From contig NC_042997.1 in the NCBI RefSeq assembly GCF_006345805.1, positions 3,348,001 through 3,412,000 of the forward strand: a stretch of DNA of 64,000 bases, given 5' to 3'. The position numbers were made by a program, and so were the translations under genes. The number at the start of each line of letters is the position of its first letter. Position 1 is the first letter of the stretch. The notes beneath the pieces were generated by a model, which ran no database searches, was not told the DNA's origin, and saw nothing but the letters and a program-made list of their open reading frames with translations. Shown one piece after another: positions 11,346 through 23,191 of the stretch. Source of the DNA: Octopus sinensis (Eukaryota).

Positions 11346-12086
11346 ATGAACTTTTACTTGTCTATAATGACTGATGTAATGCTTTTGCACCAAGATAAAT
11401 AATTTTATTTCCTTTTTCAGAAAAGAAGAATCTATGAACTATGTTTTTTTTTAATAAATTCTACCTCTGAACACGGGGATATAAACACACTACTTGTGGT
11501 TTCCAAGCAGGGGTAGAGAAAAATATTATTTTTATTCTACTTTATTAGTACGATGGCAGCCAGCAAGGATGACAATATCTTGATGATGGGAACATTGCAT
11601 ATTTGGAGTATTTAATTTTTAACCATGACCGGTAATGTACCGATGAAACGGCTGTGGATGGAAAACCCTCCTATTTTCGGATCCGATTTTGTTTATTTAC
11701 TTCACCTTGGTATATTGCGTCACTACTATCTGATATCTTCGATGTATAAGGAACTTTTAGACGATTTAGGCGGTTTGCTATTTTGAATGTTGACGCCTTT
11801 ATTCCTATGTTTGTCAACCCTTCACTCGTTTTGCACCTCCTATATTTCTCATGCATAAGTCTTTACATGTAATCTTTATTTATATGCATTCTGATATGTT
11901 TTTATATTTCTTCTATATTGTATGTATGTTTGGCTTTCTTCCTTATACCCTTGGAGAATCTTCACGCCTATATATGCATGTTTTATGTTGAAGTGTATAC
12001 ATATGTATGATTCAATTATTTAATGCGTTCGGGAATCTGTTTGATTGCCTGTAATTTGGAATTTCAATTTCCTCTACTCTGTACTT

Positions 12087-12140
<54 letters not shown>

Positions 12141-12144
<4 letters not shown>

Positions 12145-12480
12145 ATATTAATTAGAGACAAAACCACTATTTTGCAAAACAAACAAGGAAAGACTTAATC
12201 AATACATAAAATTTTGGTGTTCCAGGTATTGCATAGAATGTATATCCAGCCAAAGTAAGCTTCGGATTATAACCATGCCACAGCCACGCTCGAACTGGAA
12301 ACTCCAGCAGCCTTTTGGAATATCATCTTCAATAATATTCATAATTAAGTCTTCCTTTTGTTTGTTTTGCAAAATAGTGGTTTTGTCTCTAATTAATATT
12401 ATATAATATTTTACTATAAAATTGGATTAATCCTAAATCTGATTTTTTCCCTGTAATTTTGGATTTATTCCCTAATATTT
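12141..12480. mobile_element. Two inverted PLE-pLTR-like ends enclosing a captured sequence
   Basis: 12141-12199 is the near reverse complement of 12344-12403. Both abut (TA)n. The family is related to the repeat at 63135-63290. Confidence 0.7.
12216..12342 (-). pseudogene. RSPH9: Captured fragment of radial spoke head protein 9 coding sequence (~42 codons, one 1-nt deletion)
   Basis: Minus strand reads MNIIEDDIPKGCWSFQFERGCGMVIIRSLLWL(fs)GYTFYAIPGTP. This matches the RSPH9 C-terminus as I recall it (human MDSLEHDIPKGSWSIQMERGNALVVLRSLLWPGLTFYHAPRT). No splice sites at its edges. Confidence 0.8.
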
Positions 12481-12485
12481 ATTAT

Positions 12486-12521
<36 letters not shown>

Positions 12522-12794
12522 ATAATAAAATTAATCAAAGGACATTTTAAGTATGTCTACCTGCTGGAAATAGCAGTGAACACTCTTATTTAAATCGCCA
12601 ACATAATTTACTATGTCCTTTGATTAATTGTAATCTATCAGCTATTTCATGCTTTTTTTGGTGGTTTGCAATTGCCTATATTATTGCTTCTGTCAATTTT
12701 AAATTGTTACACTAGATAATGAAGGAGTCGATGTTATATTCACAAACCACTTTTTCGGGAATTTTTCTCTCGTGATTAGTAACATAATGCATGG

Positions 12795-13113
12795 CAACAT
12801 GGGTAAGAGTCTTCTACTACAGTCTCGGGTCGCCCAAAGCCTTGTGAGTGGGTTGGTAGACGGAAAGTGAAAGACGCCTGTCGTACACACCCACAAATAT
12901 ATATATGCGTGTTTGTGTGCTTGTGTATCTGTGTTTGTCTCCCCACCATCGCATGACAACCAATATTGGTGTGTTTACGTCCCCGTAAATTAGCAGTCAG
13001 GCAAAAGAGACCTATAAAATAAGTACTAGGCTTACAAAGAATAAGTTCTGGTGTCGATTTGTTCGACTAAAGGCAGTGCTCCAGCATGGTCGCAGTCAAA
13101 TCACTGAAACAAA
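12795..13113 (+). mobile_element. SINE family A, 5'-truncated
   Basis: Body and tail match 3951-4400; followed by (TA)n at 13103-13327. Confidence 0.8.
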
Positions 13114-13118
13114 TAGAG

Positions 13119-13330
<212 letters not shown>

Positions 13331-13333
13331 GAA

Positions 13334-13680
13334 GGCGCGTGGCTTAGTGGTTAGAGCGTCGAGCTTACGATCGTGAGGTTGTGAGCTCGATTCCTGGACC
13401 GGGCTGCGTGTTGTGTTCTTGAGCAAGAAACTTTATTTCACGTTGCTCCAGTTCACTCAGCTGTAGAAATGAGTTGCGACGTCAGAGGTGCCAAGCTGTA
13501 TCGGCCCTTGCCTTTCCCTTGGATAACATCGGTGACGTGGAGAGGGGAGGCCGGTATGCTTGGGCGACTGCTGGTCTTCCATAAAAAAAAACAACCTTGC
13601 CCAGACTTGTACCTCGGAGGGTAACTTTCCAGGTGCAAACCTATGGTCAGTGTCTGACCGAAGGGGGTCATCACCACCAT
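13334..13680 (+). mobile_element. tRNA-derived SINE (family B), full length
   Basis: A-box TGGCTTAGTGG at 13340-13350; B-box-like GCTCGATTC at 13385-13393; central ttgagcaag...gctccagt.cactcagctg domain. Confidence 0.85.
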
Positions 13681-13779
13681 ATATATGCTTCGTTCCGTTC
13701 TTTATTCTCCCAGTACTGTTTTATATATATATATATATATATATAATCGTGCACGCGTACGTCAGTCTTTTCAATTTCA

Positions 13780-13910
13780 CTTTACCAAATACTCTCACAA
13801 GACTTTATACAGCTCTGGGTTATAGTGGAAGACGCTGCCACAACTACTGCGCAGTGGGACTGAACCCAAGTCCAAATGCTTTCGAAGCGCACAGCCACAC
13901 ACCCGCATCT
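13780..13910 (-). mobile_element. SINE family A 5' fragment
   Basis: actctcacaagacttt...gcagtgggactgaaccc. Confidence 0.6.
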
Positions 13911-16238
13911 GCGCGTATATATTACACAATATCTAGATTTCTTTATACCAAAACTCACTAATACATTTTCTTGCTCCGCGAACAAATAAAACATTTGCAA
14001 CGCATGCTCCCAGGCTATTACGCTTATTGAATTTCATACTTTCTACGAAGGAAGACATTCTGCATACTTAAATTGTATCTTCCTGACATATCTTCATCGT
14101 CTGAGTACAATCACTTGCATCCATATACCTATATGAACTGGTTCCACCACTCCACTCGTATGCAGTACGGTTATATGTTGTGCACTAATACGAAAGTAAA
14201 TAATAAATCACTGTATATATGTGTCCCTATACATTCCTCCTCCCACAGTACCGCATATCGTTGTAATACTGAATACAAACTGCGTAAACATTAAGCTGTA
14301 TCGATGAAAACATTCCTTTTCAACATTAAAAAATATATATGTATGTAAAGAATCATTGCTCAGTTAGAAAAAAATGAGTAAACAGAAACGCATATAATCT
14401 GATATTTGCTTTTCTTGAAAAATCTCAAGAAGACTAAGAGGATTAAGCAGTGGGATAACATTCCAGATATCTTCATGGAAAACAAGCAATTAAGTGGGGT
14501 TTTTTTCAGGACGATGTTCTCATCATATCGAAAGAACTCAATATTTGTATTCAATTCTTTAATAAAATACATTTCGGAGATATAAATACAAGTTTTGAAA
14601 ATTGCATTTGCTTTTTTGCAGAAACGTAGAAACTTTACAAGAAAATAACCACAAATCTGTTGAGGAAATACATCCAAACACTTACAGTATGTGTTAAATG
14701 TGCATGCCTTATTTATAACAAGTACCACTTAATGGAATCCTACAGGGCCCAGTAAACTTGTATCTTTCTACACTGAAATTCAGGATATTTTCTGTCTCAA
14801 TGTTTTAATTTAGCAGATAAATTTTGTATGCATGTATGAAATATACAATATTGGACATCGTCCATTTTATTCCAGTTTGTGAAACTGTTGATTGTCAAAG
14901 TCATTTATAATTTTATTATGCAAATTATTAGTATACAAATTTCCATCTCTGTATAGGGATAGTATGTTCTATTCTAACATATATGAATTTTACGGAGCAT
15001 GTTGATTTTAATTTTTGCTTTACCATTCCCGTCTGTCTTCGACAGAATAGAACTGCTTTCTGGCAGTGACTATTCCATCATTTTCCTAAGCGCAGGGACC
15101 GAAGAATAACAATACCAAGCATTTTGCTATATCTACCAAAGTAAAAGAGTCACTATATAGTAAGTCTCTATGCCTGGTAAGTACTATAAGAAACATTCAC
15201 TTGGTATCTTCACTAATTATGGCAGTACTTTCAGTCTATAATTTTAATATCTTTTGACGTTTCAACATGGGATTGACTGCAGAGACACGCTCGAAATGCA
15301 GATTTGAATAGCAAGGGTGGGCGAAAAGCCAGAGCATCAGGAAATCGATAACATCAAAATCTAACACTTTTAACATACCGTTAATGACATATACTTTGTG
15401 AGAGTAAATCGGGTTGATTCAAGTGAAAATATCTCCGTTATCCCAGTGGTCTAATAAAGACTTACGTTCTTAGAATACCATTTATAATACAAGGAAGGGT
15501 ACTTTGGCGTTGGTTGGAAACCTTCCCAGAGCCATTATATAAACAACAAAGTACAATTCATAGTTTTCTCTAATATCAATAAATATTTGGTACCATAACA
15601 AAATATTGACATTAAGATTTAATAAGCAACGTGAATTGCCTGTATTGAGCAAATATTCACAGGTTCCATTCGAGAGCAGATTTATTACTAACACTATGCT
15701 AACGTTTCAAAAAGGAAGATAGTCAGGCACTACATGAGAACGAAATCTACTAACAAACCATAATAATTCGACTTTGAAGTAGGAAACCAAAATACGTGGT
15801 GGGTATCACATGCGTAATGTATTAACTAAAGTGTAATGAAAACATCGTCATTTAATGGAGTAAAAATGTTATGCAATTTTCCCTTCTGATATCTTATCGT
15901 GAAACGAAAGAGTCACTAGCGCATAAGGGTATGAGTGTGCATATGTGAGAATGTGTGGAGAGTAGGCGTGTGTGGTTATTTGTGCATCAAAGACATATGT
16001 GGCTAGATGAAGTGAGCTGTGTAACTTTATATGCATATACGTTGATATATGTGATGGTATGAGGAGAAGAATAGAAAAAAAAATATCTGTGTGAAAGAGA
16101 GTAATATTGAGTACACAAGCATGTATTTCAGTAAGTGAAGAGTAGGCTTGTCGCAATATATGTGTGACTTCATTCCACTTTCAGCGTGGATATATGCTGA
16201 AAAAACAAGCTTGTGGTAGAATGCAGAATTTCAATATA

Positions 16239-17849
16239 CAGTTGCGGCCAAAATGTTCGGAACGGCATTGTTTTCGTCAGAAAAGTAGATATAAGTTTTT
16301 ATCTAAGATTTATTGTATTCTAAAATTTTCACAGACGATAAATACAATATTAATTGTTATTTTGGTGTAATTTAAGAGGATAATACAAAAGTTATGGATT
16401 TAGGGATTTACTGCAAAACCCATGTCAGCCAAAATGATCAGAACGGTTGCTTTTACTGCGTGTTTTAGTATGTTTAACCGGCGAACTCTAATGTTTTGAA
16501 TTTGTTTACGTGGCGGTTCGTTTACTAAACATTAGTAAGAATATCTGCAATGTACTTTGTTAATATAATGCCACTTACTCTGTTACCAATTCGTCAGCAG
16601 ATTATTAAGCTTTGATAGAAGGATAATTTAAGTATTGGGTCTATTGCAAAGATTGTTAACGAGTCAAAAAGGGTTGTTCACGGTATTCTTAAGGTCTATG
16701 ATGATTATGGTTCGTGTGAAGCAAGAAAGTCTACAGGTAGGCCAAGAAAAACGACCAAGAGAGAAGATCGTGCTATGGTAAAGTTGGTTAAAAAGGACTT
16801 TTTTAAGACTGCTGCTGCTGTTTCTCGGGAAATGAGCATCGTACTGAAGAAAACTTTATCTCGAAAACCTGTCTCGTCGTTTAGCTGAACATGACCTACA
16901 AGCAAGAGCACCTGCAGCGAAGCCACTGATCAGCTCCAAGAATAAAAAGTGTCGTCTAACCTTTGCAACCGGACATGTGTTGTGGTCTCAAGAAAAATGG
17001 CAAACGGTGCATTTCAGTGATGAATCTAAGTTTATGTTATTTGGCTCAGATGGAAAAAGGTACGTTCGTCGAAAAGTAGGTGAAAAATTGCCGCCTAAAT
17101 GCCTTAAGACTAGTGTTAAATTCGGTAGAGGAAGTGTCATGGTTTGGGGGATATCTGAAGATGGTGTGGGTCCTTTGGTGCGATTACACGGAAAGGTAAA
17201 TGCAGAAGTTTATAAACAACCCGTAAAAGATCATGTCTTGCCTGTGCTGAGAAATTCAACTAAGCGACCACCCATATTCATGCAGGACAATGCAACATGT
17301 CACAAGGCTAAGGTGGTCATGAACTTCCTCAAGGCTGAAAAGGTTATTGTTATGGATTGGCCTGCTCAAAGCCCAGATCTCAATCCTATTGGAAATGTGT
17401 GGAATATTCTAGGTGAACGTTCGAAAGCCAGAAATCCTAACACAACCGAGCAATTATGGAATGCCCTTCAGGAAGAATGGAATAGCATCACCCAGCAAGA
17501 AATTGAAGATTTAATTTCTTCACGCAGTCGAAGATGTCAAAGTGTGATTGAAGCTAAAGGGTTTCACACTAAATATTAAATAATTCCAGTAGTCTCTGTC
17601 ATTTTTGAATATTTTGTTACTTTTTCAACCGTTCTGATTATTTTGGCCGCCATAGGTTTTGCAGTAAATCCTTAAATCACCCATAACTTTTGTACTATAC
17701 TCTCAAATTACACCAAAATCTCAGACAATAATAATTAATATTATATTTATTGTCTACGAAAAGTATTGTATATAAAAAAACTTTGATAAAAACTTATACC
17801 TACTTTTCAGACGAAAACAATGCCGTTCTGAATATTTTGGCCGCAACTG
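16239..17849 (+). mobile_element. Tc1-family DNA transposon (IR/DR type), full length 1611 bp, inactivated
   Basis: TA TSDs at 16237-38 and 17850-51; TIRs 16239-16449 and 17626-17849 beginning CAGTTGCGGCCAAAAT. Transposase runs from ATG 16568 (GRPRKTT, internal stops) to 17579, with FSDESKF, QDNA and SPDLNPIG (catalytic E replaced by G). Confidence 0.92.
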
Positions 17850-18178
17850 TATATAATGTAAGAGTATAAATCCGTATAAACTTATACCTGAAATTAAATT
17901 CGTTACGGTAAGTGCTCATTATCAAGTAAACCTCTGTAATCACGATTTCTGTTCCGCATTGCAAAATTACTAAACCCAGCATAAAAAATAACAGATACCC
18001 ATTAGGAATCGTAACATATTGCATTTGAGTTTGTTGCCCACCACTTAGATATAGTGATGGAAATGATTGTCGTAAATTCCTCCAATATTTACACGAAAGA
18101 GAAAAAAATGTATATCCCCAAAAATATAAGAAAAGTATCATATTTATGTAAAACTTGCATTTCTGTTATACATAGCTC

Positions 18179-18830
18179 AAGTTAAGTTAAGTTAATTTTT
18201 TGGCGCAAAAAGCAAGGCCATGTAGGGGGACATGCAGTTATGTACAGGGAGGGTTTTCATGCAAAGAGTTCAAGCCATTTCTGGTCAAGAGAGGCTTTGA
18301 ACCGAGCGGCCGTCGGCATCTTCACTATCTCGTCCGGCAGCTTATTCCACGGATCAGCAACCCGGACGGAGAAAGCCCCTCTCCTTCGATTGTGATGAAA
18401 TCGTCGCAGATAGAGCTTTTCGGAGTGACCCCGCTACCGACGCTCTGGAGCAGGAGTGAAGAACAGCTCTTTCGAGAGGTTACACTTTCCGCTTATGATG
18501 TTGTGAGCAAGAATGAGATCACCTCGGCGTCGTCGTTTTTCTAGAGAATAAAGGTCGAGCGACTTCAGCCTTTCTTCATAAGACAAATGTTTGAGACTAA
18601 GAACCATGTGGGTAGTCAGCTTCTAGACTCTTTCGAGAAGATGTATGTCTTTGAGGAGATAAGGAGAAGAGGCTTAAATCTCATACTCCAATATGAGTCT
18701 CACCAGCGTGACATAGAGCGGTAGGAATATGGCTGCTGTGAGCATTCCGAATGACCGTCGAATCAAAAACAGAACTCTGCGTGCTTTGTAGGCAGCATGG
18801 ACGCACTGGGCCGAAGACGAAAATTGATAA
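18179..18830 (-). mobile_element. CR1-type LINE 3' fragment
   Basis: KARRVLFLIRRSFGMLTAAIFLPLYVTLVRLILEY, continuing to ..RRGDLI..VADPWNKLP; (TTAAC)n tail at 18179-18195. Confidence 0.8.
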
Positions 18831-20104
18831 TGTCCAATATATATATATATATATATACTCAGACTGTTCCTGCTTAGCCCTAGGATAAATTCAGTAAAGT
18901 GAACATGTATTTTCAAACTGATTTAGTTTCTGCCAATACTGACTCAAATATATAATTCTAGTCAATAACTCGGCCTCTTTTTATTGAGCCTGGGCGCAGT
19001 TTATTTATTTTCGTTCAGCGTCTACCAGTCGTCTTAGGGGTGCTTTGTGTCAAAAAATATCACTCGTAGCAGACATTTTCTCGACACCGTCCACATGCGT
19101 CTGACTCGGTCTCAGAAGTTATAAGCCCAAGTTGTTATCTATAATCGTAAAAATGAAAAGTAATCCAAACAAAATGTTTTCTTGAAACAAAAAATTTAAA
19201 TAGAAATTAGGGTTCAAATTCCAATCTATGAAAATTTTCCGTTCTACAACATATTTAATGGAACGAAAATATTATCCAGCAACTCGGGCTAATAAGAATG
19301 AGCCTCGTAGGTGTAAAATACTAACTAGCATCTCTTGTCTACAGTACAGCTCACAGTTAGTCGCTGGTGTTTGTAGCGCACTCCGCTGTCGTTACATTAT
19401 TGCTTTTATTGTCGGTGTCTGGGTGTGAAAATCAGTCGTTTTTTGCTGGGTTGCTTTATTTTTAACCATATCTTAGAAATGGGGAAATACAGAATGCTAG
19501 ATATGAATAGTAAGCGATTTGGATAAAAAACTTAGCGGAACAAACAAAACATTCTTCCAGCGGGCAGTAAGACATCAAAAAATAGAGTAACATTCGATCA
19601 GATAAGAGGGTAATGATAACGTTATACTAAAAACCACCTGCTAAAAGAAGCAACTGAGAATTGATCTTGTTTTTTGCTTGAATTTTTTTTTTTTAAATAA
19701 ATTCGTTTCACCAAGTATACCCTGTATATGTGTATTTTACAGGTCTTGTGGTTTTGAGTATGAGCATTATATATGTGTGTTTGTGTGCGCCCGCGTGTGT
19801 GCGTGTGCGTATGTGTGCATGTGTCTGTATACACACACACACACACATATATATAAAACGAGAGAGTGAGAGAGAGAGAGACAGAGATAAAGAGAGGCAA
19901 ACCAGGTGTGAGGACAGTAGATATAGACCACATTATCATTATGATTATAACCCAAGTTTCTAGAGTATGCGTGCAGGGAACAACTACCAAAATGTATTAT
20001 AGTCGAAATAATCGTAACGGAGATGGTAAAACGTGCCACATTTTGACAAGTCACCCGAGGAGACATACACACAAATATGATGCACTATAATTACTTACAG
20101 TGGA

Positions 20105-20350
20105 GGCGCGTGGCTTAGTGGTTAGGGTGTCAGCATCATGATCGTAAGATTGTGGTTTCGATTCCTGGACCGGGCGACGCTTTGTGCTGTTGAGTAAAAC
20201 ACTTCATTTCCCGTTGCTCCAGTCCACTCAGCTGGCAAAATGAGTAACGCTGCGATGGATTGGCGTCCCAACCAGCTTGGGAACACATACGCGATGGAAA
20301 CAGGGAAACCGGGCCCATGAGCCTGGCTAGGCTTTATAAGGGCGCATTTA
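20105..20350 (+). mobile_element. tRNA-derived SINE (family B head and central domain, different tail)
   Basis: A-box at 20111-20121; 5' ~140 bp align with 13334-13470, and the 3' part does not. Confidence 0.8.
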
Positions 20351-20509
20351 TTTACTATCATACAATTCCTTACATTAGTTACATTATCTACATGCGTCGA
20401 ATATTTGCACTCATTTTGTTTGTTGTTAACACAACGTTTTGGCTTTCATTAGGGGAAATTTCGACCCTGGGTTCTCATTTCTAAGGTATTTTTCGATGTT
20501 ATAATTTAG

Positions 20510-20578
20510 GTCACAGCCTGGAATCGAACTCAGAATCTAGAAGTTAGCAGCCCGCGCTCTTAAACACTACGCCATATT
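20510..20578 (-). promoter_or_regulatory. tRNA-like Pol III promoter module inside the pLTR
   Basis: A-box TGGCGTAGTGT (20574-20564), B-box GTTCGATTC (20529-20521), anticodon-loop-like CTGCTAA. Confidence 0.65.
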
Positions 20579-22432
20579 CCCTTGGGCAATTATTGAGTGA
20601 GTGAATTTTAGGGCTTTTAAATATAATATTTTCCTATATGCTATTCATATCTGCACTCGTTCTGCTTAGGAAGTTACTGTGTCCTACCATATGTGCTGCT
20701 TCTTTTAGTTTTCGTATTTTCCAGTGACCTCTGTCTCTTATCTTCATCCCACAGGAGGAGTTGGTCTCCAATTTTCCATACATTATCAGCTATACCCGAT
20801 TTATTAATATCTTCACGTGTCACAGCTTTGCGATGTTCGTCTACCCTTATTTTGAGGGAGAGGCGTGTTTCGCCTTTGTATAACCTAACAAAGCTGCATG
20901 GGAGGGAGTACACACAGTCTTTGGTCATATTCTCTTCTATTAGTGGTTTTACTCGAAGGAGATATTTGTGAAGTGTTGTATTACTCATGAATACTCTCCT
21001 AATGCCATATGGGCCGTATATCTTTTCTATATTGTCGGAGAGGCAATTCACATTGGGTAGACAGATTGTGGAGAGTTTATTGGTTTCATCCTCTCTTTTC
21101 ATCATAATTGGAGTGGATAGTATGTTCTGGGGGTAGTTGTTGCTTAATAGAGTGTTACTGAGCTTGATCATTTTTTAATGGTGTGTATCAAGAACGTTAC
21201 TTTTATTATTTGCTTGATGTTTAGGCACTGAGCAATCTCCCACTCTATGGATAGTGGGAATTTAATTTGAGGTCTCGTCCAGTGAAAGTCTGCTTGCAGT
21301 ATATGGATGTCCTGAATCCATGCTTGGTACGTGTTATTAATACGTCCAGGAATGCCAGATGGTTGTCTTTTTTCCTTTTCCATTGTGAACTGCATGGATG
21401 ACTTTATTGAGGTCACTTCATCTAACAACACTTGGACATTTTCGTAGTGGGGCCAGAGTATAATGGTGTCATCAACATATCGACGCCATAGTGTTGGATT
21501 TAACGGTGTTGATCCTAAAGCCAGCCATGTATATATTGGTTATTATCGGTGATAATGGTGAACCCATAGCTAAAATTTCTGCTCGATATATATCAGTGCC
21601 CATACTGAAGTTGGTAGTTTCTACACAGAAGCTCAACATTTCCATCAAGTTTCTTATTGGTATACTAGTGCATCCTTTTAGATGGGTGTCTGTCAGTAGT
21701 TTCTCTTGATTAACCGATAATGCTTCACCAGTTGGGACTTTGGTGAACAGACGTTTTACATCTAGACTCATAAACTGATTGTATTCAATAGGGGTATCCT
21801 TGATCAATTCTGTGAAGTGGGTGTAATTCTTCACGAACGATGTTGAGTTCTCTGCTAATGGACTGATTATATCCACAAGGAAACGGCTCAGTAGATGACA
21901 TGCTGCAACCTCTCAGCTCCCAATAGGTCCTAATGAAATACCATCCTTGTGAATCTTAAGGAGACCGTACATGTGTGGTAGTTTACTGTAGTGTTGTCTG
22001 TACTTCATTAGTGTAGAGTGATCCTGGTTCTTGATCAAGATCTGTGATAACTTCCTCTCTGTTTTCAGAGTTGGGTATTTCTTTATTTGCTGTACCTACC
22101 ATCATTTATAAGACTTGCCAAATTTTCAGAGTAGTCAGAATTTTTCATCACCTCTGTAGCATTTCCCTTGTCCGTTAAAAGTATTATGATGGAATTGTCA
22201 CTCTGTAGTCTTTTGAAATCGATATTTTCTTCTTTACTGATGTTTGCATTGGGTAGTTTCTCTTTTTCTTGTACCTATCTCACATTTCACCTTAGTTCAT
22301 CGCCCTGAGGTTGTGGTATTTTTACGGCTGTCTCTTCAGTAGGGGCTATTATTTTTAAGTATGGGGTGCGCCTGATGATTGTCGCAAAGTTGAGAATTTT
22401 TTTCAGTACTGCTTCTTCAGAAATTTCCCCAA

Positions 22433-22478
22433 GACACCTAATGAAGGCTGGAGAGCAAATCAGCCGAAACGTTGTGTT
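22433..22478 (+). ncRNA. Minimal type-I hammerhead ribozyme fold (G5A variant)
   Basis: Stem I gacac/gtgtt; core CUAAUGA(a); stem II ggctg/cagcc; GAA-ACGU palindrome; U17. Confidence 0.7.
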
Positions 22479-22764
22479 AACAACAAGAAAAATTAAGACA
22501 AGTATTCGTCAAATGTAAATAATATAAATAACGTACATAATTCCTCATCTCTTAAATATCTAGAAATGCTCTACAATTGTTTGTACAGCAAGCACTAGTG
22601 GGCGATGTGCATGAGCAGAACTCTTCATTTCACATTGTTCCACTGCTCTTGGCTGGCAAAAATGAATAATCCTGCCCAAAAACAGCGTCCTGTCTAGGTG
22701 GAGAATATACAGAATCCAGAGAAACTGGCTAGGATAACTCTGGATCGGGAAATTTGTGATTATA

Positions 22765-22795
<31 letters not shown>

Positions 22796-22807
22796 ATATA
22801 CATGCAT

Positions 22808-22873
<66 letters not shown>

Positions 22874-22889
22874 TTAAACATAAAAAGTA

Positions 22890-23020
22890 AAGGGTAAAGA
22901 CCCCCTTCTTTGGTCACTAATGACCATTGGATTGCATCTACAAAGTTCTCTATACATACCATCCTCAATTTTCCATTCCGCTGATGTTATCCAAAGGAAA
23001 ACGAAGGCCGACAAATTTTG
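22890..23020 (-). mobile_element. SINE family B tail fragment
   Basis: Reverse complement of the 13500-13680 segment (gacccccttc..., ttatccaaaggaaa). Confidence 0.6.
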
Positions 23021-23060
23021 TCATCAATGACGGAATGATGGTGCTGCTATTTTAAACATA

Positions 23061-23103
23061 TATCACCTCGAATGGCAGAGTTTTTACATTGGCAGACAAA
23101 CCT

Positions 23104-23191
<88 letters not shown>

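Larger units (their letters stand above)
20370..22560 (-). mobile_element. Poseidon-type Penelope-like element, decayed RT + GIY-YIG, with inverted pLTR piece at the 5' end
   Basis: RT motifs SLDVKRLFTKVP and LAMGSPLSPIITNIYM (21472-21876); endonuclease VYSLPCS..LYKGET..LKIRVDEH (20674-21171). 3' pLTR at 20370-20660; inverted pLTR piece at 22420-22560. Confidence 0.88.

Noticed and set aside
11615-11670. Hammerhead-like ccatga-ccggt..accgat-gaaacggc (similar weak cases at 8350-8400 and 26655-26700)
   Set aside because: The core or stem I is missing; possibly decayed pLTR ribozymes, but not supportable from one copy.
13334-13410. SINE heads (also 20105, 3951, 20510) as tRNA genes
   Set aside because: No acceptor-stem pairing, and each continues into a SINE or pLTR body.
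14622-14686. Possible plus-strand micro-exon (ttttgcag|...NVETLQENNHKSVEEIHPNTY|gtatgt)
   Set aside because: Splice signals are plausible, but there is no recognisable homology or partner exon; it needs RNA-seq.
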